A DNA stretch of 62,984 bases, counting the filler. It is 5 parts of 5 records of this genome, joined end to end, with 100 filler letters (N's around TTAATTAATTAA, not from the genome) between each part and the next. Parts side by side here need not be neighbours in the genome. Positions count along the whole stretch, not along the records: positions 22,164 to 37,612 come from SRR31156797_9762; positions 37,713 to 49,854 come from SRR31156797_9770; 3 more parts are not named here. One strand, 5' to 3'. A program made the position numbers and the translations under genes. Positions 34,947 to 42,588 of the stretch are shown here, one piece after another. Every line of letters starts with the position of its first letter. The stretch's first letter is position 1. The notes beneath the pieces were generated by a model, which saw only the letters and a list, made by a program, of their open reading frames with translations, ran no database searches and had not been told where the DNA came from.

Positions 34947-35948
34947 ATGAAAAAAATTAATACTCTAATTGTCATTTCATTACTTATTGTTTCTGCGGCA
35001 TTTGCTGAGAAACCTGTAAAAGAAAAGAAACACCTGGGAATTGCAACTTATTCGGTCAAGAATCTCGAATCGGATATTGAAGGAGCATTCAAATCGTTAC
35101 AAGCCAGTGGCTACGAAGTTATGGAAATTTCGAACTACGATGCGCAGTCAAGAAAAGTTGCAGGGTATTCACCTAAAGATTATGCCGAATTAGCAGCAAA
35201 ATACGGTTTGGATATTGTTTCAAGTCATACACGGGCAAAAATGGATGTAAATGATGTAGCTGGTTCAATTGCAGAATGGGAAAAGGTTTTAGACGACCAT
35301 AAAACACTGGGCTGCAAGTATGTAATCATCCCTGCTTCTATGTGGAGCGGTGGTGAGGAAGAAATAAAAAAAACGTGTTCATTGCTAAATAAAATTGGTG
35401 AAGAAGCAAACAAAAGAGGACTAAAACTGGGTTACCATAACCATAGCTGGGAATTCGATAAAATGGCAGATTCGAACGAAATTATTGAAGATTTTATAAT
35501 AAAGAACACCGATCCTGAAAAGGTATTTTTCCAAATGGATGTTTTTTGGGTAACTATTGGTGGATACAATCCCGTCGATTACCTGAAAAAATACCCTAAT
35601 CGATTTAAAGTTCTTCATATTAAAGATGATTATGTAATTGGAGAAAGTGGCAAAATTGATTATAACGCTATTTTCAACCAATTTTACAAAAACGGGCACA
35701 ATGACTGGTTCGTTGAAATTGAAGAAAATATGACTCCGGAAGCGAGGGAACAAATGATGGGAATGATGGAACAGATAAAGGAAATGCAGCGAAAAGGCGG
35801 AACTGACATTTTTCAGGCAGCTGCTGGCAGTGCGGCTATGAATCCTCCACAATTAACTGCAGAAGAAGAAGCTCAAAATCTAAAAACCTCGCTCGGGGCA
35901 ATTAGTAAAAGTGCAGAATTCCTGAATCGTGCAAGTTTTGTAAAATAG
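34947..35948 (+). CDS. Secreted sugar-phosphate isomerase/epimerase-family TIM barrel
   Basis: Signal peptide; YHNHSWEF, FQMDVFW, HIKDD, FVEIE metal-ligand motifs. Confidence 0.88.
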   Translation: MKKINTLIVISLLIVSAAFAEKPVKEKKHLGIATYSVKNLESDIEGAFKSLQASGYEVMEISNYDAQSRKVAGYSPKDYAELAAKYGLDIVSSHTRAKMDVNDVAGSIAEWEKVLDDHKTLGCKYVIIPASMWSGGEEEIKKTCSLLNKIGEEANKRGLKLGYHNHSWEFDKMADSNEIIEDFIIKNTDPEKVFFQMDVFWVTIGGYNPVDYLKKYPNRFKVLHIKDDYVIGESGKIDYNAIFNQFYKNGHNDWFVEIEENMTPEAREQMMGMMEQIKEMQRKGGTDIFQAAAGSAAMNPPQLTAEEEAQNLKTSLGAISKSAEFLNRASFVK

Positions 35949-35985
35949 AAATACAAAATAAAATTATAAAACAAGCCAATAACCG

Positions 35986-36024
35986 GGATTCCGTCCGTCA
36001 GTTGACGGACGGAATCCTTTTTTT
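35986..36024 (+). terminator. Strong Rho-independent terminator
   Basis: GGATTCCGTCCGTCA-GT-TGACGGACGGAATCC plus T7. Confidence 0.85.
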
Positions 36025-36118
36025 ATGTTCTCCTTTTCATTGGAGGCAGAACGTTAGCGCACGAACCGGAGGATTACCCTGATTGTTCGGAATTTGTGAA
36101 ATTCCAACCTACAAAAAA

Positions 36119-37309
36119 CTAATTCTCTCTGTCGACCCCGGTATTTTCCGAAAACGCTATCATAAGTTGTAATGCTTTATCCAGTTCATCGGCATTTGGT
36201 GTATTTGTATTCGAAAAGCAGATATATCCCAAATTCTTTTTTATATCGATAACAGCCATGGTTTGCACTCCCGGGTCGCCTCCCGTATGCCCAATATGAT
36301 CTTTATTATCAAACTCGTGAATGGCCCAAAAAATACCTTGCTCAAACGAAACATATTCTTTAAGCATCAAATCAAAACTTTCGGAAGTAATCATATTATC
36401 CTCGCCATTATATCCGCGAATTACTGCCGAGAGATATTTAGAGAAATCGAGTACATTGGTAACAAATCCACCATCGGCCAGTGTTATCAATTTATAGTCC
36501 GGAATTTCCATTAAAAAAGGATAAAGTTTTGATTTTTCAATTTCATCGAAGTCTTTCAAATCCCACCCCGAATTATCCATTCCGAGAGGTTCAGTAATAT
36601 GTTTTCTCACAAAATCGGTATAAGGCATCCCCGACACTTTTTCGATTATCATGGAAGCAATAGCCGCTCCGTTGTTGCTATACGAATAATTTTCTCCGGG
36701 TGCCATTTTCCCAAAATTTTTCCGGCTGTACCATTTTCCTTTCCGATCGTATATATTCCCAATAAAATCGACCAGCATTATATTTTTATTCCTGTTATAT
36801 CTGTTAACCATCGATTTTACAACCCATCTTGTAAATCCAAACGGAAAATTTTTATGAATTTTTGATATCGGTTCATAAAAAACATATGACTTTTCGTAGT
36901 GCCGTGTATCCCTTAATCCCGAGGTGTGGTTTGCCAGGTGCCGTATTTCAATTTCTTTGTCGGGAAAACGCGGATTAATTATTTCAAAGGGCAGATACTT
37001 GTTAATATTGTCATTTAAATTCAATAGTCCCAACTCTTGCGCTTTTAACAATGAAACACCAATCAACGTTTTTGAAATGGATGCTATTGGCTGAACCGTT
37101 TTTGTTGAATAACCAATTTTATTTTCGCGATCGGCATAACCAAAACCATTTGAATAAAGGATACCATTTTGGTCGATTATTGCAACAGCGTAGCCAACAA
37201 TAGCACTATCGCCGGTAAGTTTTGAAAGTTCGTTGGTCAATTCTTCTATATTGGTTTGCGAAAACAAAATTGATGGAATTAGTATAAAAAGCAATGCCAG
37301 TTTTTTCAT
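36119..37309 (-). CDS. Secreted serine hydrolase, beta-lactamase class C-like
   Basis: SISK, YSN and HTG motifs; HTSGL. Confidence 0.9.
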   Translation of the reverse strand: MKKLALLFILIPSILFSQTNIEELTNELSKLTGDSAIVGYAVAIIDQNGILYSNGFGYADRENKIGYSTKTVQPIASISKTLIGVSLLKAQELGLLNLNDNINKYLPFEIINPRFPDKEIEIRHLANHTSGLRDTRHYEKSYVFYEPISKIHKNFPFGFTRWVVKSMVNRYNRNKNIMLVDFIGNIYDRKGKWYSRKNFGKMAPGENYSYSNNGAAIASMIIEKVSGMPYTDFVRKHITEPLGMDNSGWDLKDFDEIEKSKLYPFLMEIPDYKLITLADGGFVTNVLDFSKYLSAVIRGYNGEDNMITSESFDLMLKEYVSFEQGIFWAIHEFDNKDHIGHTGGDPGVQTMAVIDIKKNLGYICFSNTNTPNADELDKALQLMIAFSENTGVDREN

Positions 37310-37480
37310 TTGGTGAAGATTTTGTTTAATGGTTTACTTTACAATGTTTATTATAAGACATTTTTTATCGCAAATAGTTGGAATCCAAATCCTTTAATTT
37401 TTTTTGAACGTTGTAATAATTGCTTTTTATCTTTCAGAAACAAAAAACTTATATAAAAATATATAAACAAAATGCCGGAG

Positions 37481-37612
37481 AAGGATATAGTCCTTCTATC
37501 CCTGGATATTGGTCTTCTAACCAGCGATACCATAGATATATCCTATGGGATAGAACTAATGTCTTAGGATATATCTATCATAAACAAGGATATAGCTCCT
37601 CTATCCCTGGAT
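37481..37612. repeat. Degenerate 21-bp tandem array, truncated by contig end
   Basis: Six full units plus a partial, consensus nnGGATA-N9-TATCC. Confidence 0.8.
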
Positions 37613-37712
37613 NNNNNNNNNNNNNNNNNNNNNNNNNNNNNNNNNNNNNNNNNNNNTTAATTAATTAANNNNNNNNNNNNNNNNNNNNNNNNNNNNNNNN
37701 NNNNNNNNNNNN
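37613..37712. other. Artificial contig linker
   Basis: N44-TTAATTAATTAA-N44. Confidence 0.99.
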
Positions 37713-37725
37713 CAAATGGATAAAC
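37713..37725 (+). repeat. 13-bp terminal direct repeat, left copy
   Basis: CAAATGGATAAAC, first 13 nt of the contig; identical to 49842-49854. Confidence 0.9.
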
Positions 37726-37927
37726 TCCGCACGGGTTTTGTCGCTTAAAAAGCTCCCGTAAAATCCGAGATGGTGGTTACTGAGTTTTGTTTCCGGATTA
37801 TGTGTATCAACATGCATATATGTTGATTTTCAACAACTACCACCACATATAATGGTTTTGCATTGCTTGATTTAAGCTAAAATATTTGTTATTTTTGACA
37901 ATTGATCATTCAGCTTAAACCTTTTGA

Positions 37928-40900
37928 ATGTATAAATGCAAACATCTTTCATATTGCTACACGTTTTGGATATGCTTGGCAGCAATGCTTATCTCACTAA
38001 ATTGCTACCCCCAGCCACGCGCTCAAAAAACCAGGCAAATAACAATCAAAGATGGATTGCTAACACCGGGTGTCAAATTTACATACCAGGATTCCAAAGG
38101 GTTTATGTGGTTTGCTTTTTCCAAAGGAATTGCCCGGTATGACGGTTATACAGTAAAACACTATGATGACTTCTTGCCTGATAGCTGCGCGATAAACTCC
38201 TACAAATATGTAAAATGCTTTTTTGAGGATAGTAAAGGGAGGTTCTGGATCGGAACACTGAAAAATGGAGTTGCAAGACTCAACAGGAAAACAGATACCT
38301 TTACTTACTACAATCACGATCCGTTTTCAGGAAAATTTGGCGGATACAACACCATCGGATGTATCGTAGAGGACAGGCAGGGTGTTGTTTGGATGGGTAG
38401 CGGAAGGGCCGGGGTATTTAAGTACCAACAAGACCTGGATACGCTTATTGGATTTAACCCAAAAAACGCATACCCCTTGCCAGGTGCTGATGCTGTATAT
38501 TGTCTTTTGGAAGATAGGGATGGCATTTTCTGGGTAGGAACCGGAAATGGATTATATCATTTTAACAGAACAGCAGAGACATTTAAACAAGTTCATATCA
38601 TACCAAAATTACCTCAACACCTCTCCACAGTAGAACATTTGCTTGAAGATAAGCATGGAAATATTTGGATTGGAACCAATTGGGGGGTTTACCTGTATTC
38701 GAAAGCAAATAATACATGGAAACATTACCAAACACAAAACCCTGAAAAGCAAAATGATTTTAAAGGAAGCTTCGTAAGGGGATTGGTAGAGGTTGATGCA
38801 GGGCAAAGCCACCAAATGTGGATTTCAACTGCCACGGGTGTGTGGGTATATGATTTTTCTGCTGATAAATTTGATTATTTTAAAAGCCGGGAGCAAGGAT
38901 CTGATAGCCCTCTGGCAGGCGGGGCAACTTACCTTTATCTCGACGATAATAATCATATCTGGGCAAGCATAAACGGAATTACACTCATCGACCCCAGGAA
39001 GAACCCATTTCACTATAAACAAATGTTCTCCTATCCCGACTCGCTTTTTGGTATCGATGCATGGTGCTTTCACGAAGATCGTGATGGCATGTTATGGGTG
39101 GGGACGTTTAACGATGGTTTATACAAATATGATCAGCATCTGGAGTTCCTGGCGAATTACAAGCCAACAGTCTGGAATTTGGAGAATATACATACAACAA
39201 ATAAAAACCGGGTCACATTGGTTTATGAAGATGCCTACAATAACCTCTGGGTAGGAACGGCTGGTGAAGGGATCAATTTTTTCGACCGGAACACGCTCAC
39301 CTTTCATCCGGTATATTTCGCAACACCTTCCGGCAAAAAGGAGTTTGCATGGGTATCCAAAATAATCGAGGATAAATACGACAGGATGTGGATTGCAACA
39401 AGCATCGGGTTGTTTATCAATGAAAAACCCTGGGAAATGGGTCAGGTGTTTAATCCGGTTATCCATCAAGTACTTTCAGGCACTTCGGTAAACGATATAT
39501 TTGAAGACAATAGGAGTAGGTTATGGATTACCACTATAAACCAGGGTGTGTATTGCCTCCTTCCTGAAAACAGGGATAGCCTTCGTTTCAAGAGATATTT
39601 TCATAAGAATTATAGCCGGGGTCTGTTCACCAATAGAAATGCCAGTAAAGTTTGTCAGGATGCTGAAGGAAACATCTGGATGTTGTCAGGAACAGGTTTG
39701 TTGAAATATGATGAAACATCAGACAGTATCGCGCTTCATGAGCCATTGGATAAATTGCTACAACGAGAAAATGGTGCTTTTAAGGTAGATGATTCAGGCA
39801 ATATCTGGTTAGTTACTTTTCATGGGTTGATCAGATATAACCCGAAAAATAGCGCTGCAAGTAGCCTGAAAACTTTTGGTGTTAGCGATGGCCTGGATTA
39901 CACAGGAATTGTCTATACACTTTATGAGAATCGAACCGGGCATTTTTTTATCGGGGGTAGTGGACCTGATGGGGCTGGGTTTTGTAAATTCCATCCCGAC
40001 AGTATTCATGAAGATAATGTACATCTTCCTGAAGTTGTACTCACTGATTTTAAAATCAGAAACGAACCGGCAAACCTGGACAGTAGCATTAGCTATAAAA
40101 AACACATCAGTCTGAAACACAATCAGAACTTTTTTTCATTCGAGTTTGCAGCCATCGAGTATCGTGATCCTTCAAAAAACCAGCATGCCTACATGCTCGA
40201 AGGCCTGGATGATGATTGGAACTACTCAGGAACCAGACGCTTTGCCAGCTACACAGGTGTTCCACCCGGAGATTATGTATTCAGAGTAAAGGGTTCAAAC
40301 AATGATGGCTACTGGAATGAAGAGGGTGCCAGCATTCATATATCTATAGCACCTCCTCCCTGGCTAACATGGTGGGCTTATTCGTTATACACTTTGCTTA
40401 TTGCCGGACTAATTGCAGCATGGCGCAGATACGATTTAAAAAGACAGCGATTGAAACAGGCACTGGAGATTGAGCATGTGGAATCTGAGAAACTCAAGGA
40501 ACTCGATAAGATGAAATCCAGGTTTTTTGCAAATATTTCACATGAATTTCGTACACCGCTCACATTGATCCTGGGGCCTCTTGAAAAACTTAAATCTAAA
40601 ATAATTGATGATAATTACCAGCAAGACCTAAACGTAATGCAGCGCAATGCACTCAGGTTGCTAAAATTGATCAATCAGTTGTTGAACTTATCGAAACTTG
40701 AAGCTGATCAAATGAAACTACAGACCACTGATGAAAACCTTGTGCAACTTGTGAAAGGTTATGTGCATTCCTTCGAGTCGCTGGCCAAACAAAAAAACAT
40801 AGCGTTGAGTGTGTTTTCTGAAAACGACAACATCTCTGCCTTTATCGACAGAGATAAAATTGAAAAAATACTTTACAATTTGTTGTCCAATGCCTTTAAG

Positions 40901-42154
40901 TTTACGCGTGAGGGAGGAAGGATAATGGTTGAGGTCAGTCGGCAGGCGGCAGTTGGCAGTCAGCAGATGGCAGGCGGCAGCCAGCAGTCCACAGGCAGCA
41001 GGCAGTGGGTAGGCATAACAATCTCCGACACCGGCCAGGGCATCTCAGCCGAAAAACTTCCTCACATCTTCGACAGGTTTTATCAGGCCGACGATTCTTA
41101 TGCCAAAGACCAGGAAGGCACAGGAATAGGGCTGGCACTCACAAAAGAGCTGGTGCAATTGCATTATGGCAATATTTCAGTGGAAAGTATTTTAGATCAG
41201 GGAACAAAAATATCGGTATTTCTTCCTCTCGGTAAAGCCCATCTTAAGCCCGGAGAAATACTTCCGGAGGCAAAGATTACGGACAAATTGCCCGACCCGG
41301 GAGCTGATACCGGTTCTTTCGATTTAGCAAAAGAATTTATTGAACCACTCAAACAAACCAAAACTCCCTCAGTGGATTTTGAACCATTCGACCTCGAAGG
41401 AGAAACAAAACCGCTGATTCTCATTGTTGAGGATAACGCCGATTTGCGCGCCTATATCCGTTCCTATCTTGATGATGATTGTGTAGTTTCCGAAGCTTTC
41501 GACGGTGAAATGGGTTTGCAAAAAGCAATCAACAAAATCCCTGACCTGATCGTTAGCGATGTAATGATGCCCAAAATGGATGGGATAAAGCTTTGCCATA
41601 AACTTAAAACTGATGAACGCACCAGCCATATCCCGGTTATCCTTCTAACGGCTAAAGCTGCCATGGAAGATAAACTGGAAGGGCTCGAAACCGGAGCTGA
41701 TGATTTTATCACCAAGCCATTCGACCCTCAGGAACTTCTCATAAGGATTAAAAACCTGATCGACCAGCGGGCAAAGCTCCGCGAATATTTCCTCCACACA
41801 CTTGAGCCTGATGAGAAAAAGGAAGAAATACCACAATCCCTCGACCAGCAATTTCTCAGTAAAGCCAGGCAAATCCTTGAACAAAAAATTGCTGACCCTG
41901 ATTTTGGTGTTGAAGAGTTTGCCGGGGATATGGCACTTAGCCGGGTACAGTTACACCGTAAATTAAAAGCGCTGGTCAATCATTCGGCTACTGATTTTAT
42001 CAGGCTATTGCGCCTGAACAGGGCAGCAAAGCTTCTAAAATCAAAAAGTGGTACAGTTACCGAAATTGCCTATCAGGTGGGGTTCAACAATCTTTCCTAT
42101 TTCGCTAAATGTTTCCATGAGCTTTTTGGGGTAAACCCGTCTGAATACGCTTAG
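37928..42154 (+). CDS. Hybrid two-component system (beta-propeller sensor, Y_Y_Y, TM, HisKA, HATPase, REC, AraC)
   Basis: Repeated EDxxGxxWIGT blades; PPGDYVFRVKGSNNDGYW; ISHEFRTPL; NLLSNAFKF; SDVMMP; terminal AraC HTH. Confidence 0.97.
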   Translation: MYKCKHLSYCYTFWICLAAMLISLNCYPQPRAQKTRQITIKDGLLTPGVKFTYQDSKGFMWFAFSKGIARYDGYTVKHYDDFLPDSCAINSYKYVKCFFEDSKGRFWIGTLKNGVARLNRKTDTFTYYNHDPFSGKFGGYNTIGCIVEDRQGVVWMGSGRAGVFKYQQDLDTLIGFNPKNAYPLPGADAVYCLLEDRDGIFWVGTGNGLYHFNRTAETFKQVHIIPKLPQHLSTVEHLLEDKHGNIWIGTNWGVYLYSKANNTWKHYQTQNPEKQNDFKGSFVRGLVEVDAGQSHQMWISTATGVWVYDFSADKFDYFKSREQGSDSPLAGGATYLYLDDNNHIWASINGITLIDPRKNPFHYKQMFSYPDSLFGIDAWCFHEDRDGMLWVGTFNDGLYKYDQHLEFLANYKPTVWNLENIHTTNKNRVTLVYEDAYNNLWVGTAGEGINFFDRNTLTFHPVYFATPSGKKEFAWVSKIIEDKYDRMWIATSIGLFINEKPWEMGQVFNPVIHQVLSGTSVNDIFEDNRSRLWITTINQGVYCLLPENRDSLRFKRYFHKNYSRGLFTNRNASKVCQDAEGNIWMLSGTGLLKYDETSDSIALHEPLDKLLQRENGAFKVDDSGNIWLVTFHGLIRYNPKNSAASSLKTFGVSDGLDYTGIVYTLYENRTGHFFIGGSGPDGAGFCKFHPDSIHEDNVHLPEVVLTDFKIRNEPANLDSSISYKKHISLKHNQNFFSFEFAAIEYRDPSKNQHAYMLEGLDDDWNYSGTRRFASYTGVPPGDYVFRVKGSNNDGYWNEEGASIHISIAPPPWLTWWAYSLYTLLIAGLIAAWRRYDLKRQRLKQALEIEHVESEKLKELDKMKSRFFANISHEFRTPLTLILGPLEKLKSKIIDDNYQQDLNVMQRNALRLLKLINQLLNLSKLEADQMKLQTTDENLVQLVKGYVHSFESLAKQKNIALSVFSENDNISAFIDRDKIEKILYNLLSNAFKFTREGGRIMVEVSRQAAVGSQQMAGGSQQSTGSRQWVGITISDTGQGISAEKLPHIFDRFYQADDSYAKDQEGTGIGLALTKELVQLHYGNISVESILDQGTKISVFLPLGKAHLKPGEILPEAKITDKLPDPGADTGSFDLAKEFIEPLKQTKTPSVDFEPFDLEGETKPLILIVEDNADLRAYIRSYLDDDCVVSEAFDGEMGLQKAINKIPDLIVSDVMMPKMDGIKLCHKLKTDERTSHIPVILLTAKAAMEDKLEGLETGADDFITKPFDPQELLIRIKNLIDQRAKLREYFLHTLEPDEKKEEIPQSLDQQFLSKARQILEQKIADPDFGVEEFAGDMALSRVQLHRKLKALVNHSATDFIRLLRLNRAAKLLKSKSGTVTEIAYQVGFNNLSYFAKCFHELFGVNPSEYA
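40936..41005 (+). repeat. Ten 7-nt CAGnnnn units inside the HATPase coding region
   Basis: cagtcgg caggcgg cagttgg cagtcag cagatgg caggcgg cagccag cagtcca caggcag caggcag. Confidence 0.9.
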
Positions 42155-42196
42155 TGCTCCAAAATTTATCAAGCCGTTTCTTTCCCACTTCCAACC

Positions 42197-42423
42197 TCAG
42201 AACTCCTTACCCCTCATAAAAATGATTGTCGCATTTCAAATCTTAGTGGCTCTAAGTGTTCTTGGTGTCTAAGTGGTAATCAGTAGCTTAAAACCACTGA
42301 GGCACGCAGGGCACAAAGGTTCACTAAGAAAGCCAAAGAAAAAATCTAATAGAACGACAAAATCATTTTATGATGTAATTTATGTATCTGTCTAACTTTC
42401 AGTTGTTGCATCAGGAGTTCTGA
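42197..42423. repeat. Nested inverted-repeat element (MITE/REP-like)
   Basis: Outer TCAGAACTCCT/AGGAGTTCTGA; middle TCATAAAAATGATTGTCG/CGACAAAATCATTTTATGA; inner 9-nt-period CTTAGTG...CACTAAG arms. Confidence 0.7.
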
Positions 42424-42456
42424 ACCTTAGTCACTCCGGGCACTCCTAAATCCCAA

Positions 42457-42524
42457 ATGTAACGAGCGTGTTGAAGAATGAAACCTGCGTGTTAGCATTT
42501 CGCCCCTGCCCACCGGTACTTTTG
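42457..42524 (+). promoter_or_regulatory. Candidate HTCS operator plus Bacteroidota -7 promoter box
   Basis: ATGTAACGAGCGTGTT (42457) and ATGAAACCTGCGTGTT (42478), 21 bp apart; TACTTTTG at 42517-42524. Confidence 0.7.
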
Positions 42525-42588
42525 TAAGCGACACTCCGGTGAACTATTTCCAACCGGAGATTTACAAACCCATTAAAATTAAAAGTCT

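Noticed and set aside
36119-37309. Antibiotic-resistance beta-lactamase
   Set aside because: SxxK/YxN/HTG pattern fits the broad serine hydrolase family; nothing specifically supports beta-lactam hydrolysis.
37481-37612. CRISPR array or DGR template repeat
   Set aside because: The 21-bp period is too short and degenerate for CRISPR; no cas genes, no reverse transcriptase, and no adenine-specific variant copy seen.
37420-37668. ORFs ending in XXX-LIN (also 22108-22563 end and 56166-56537)
   Set aside because: Their ends are translations of the artificial linker.
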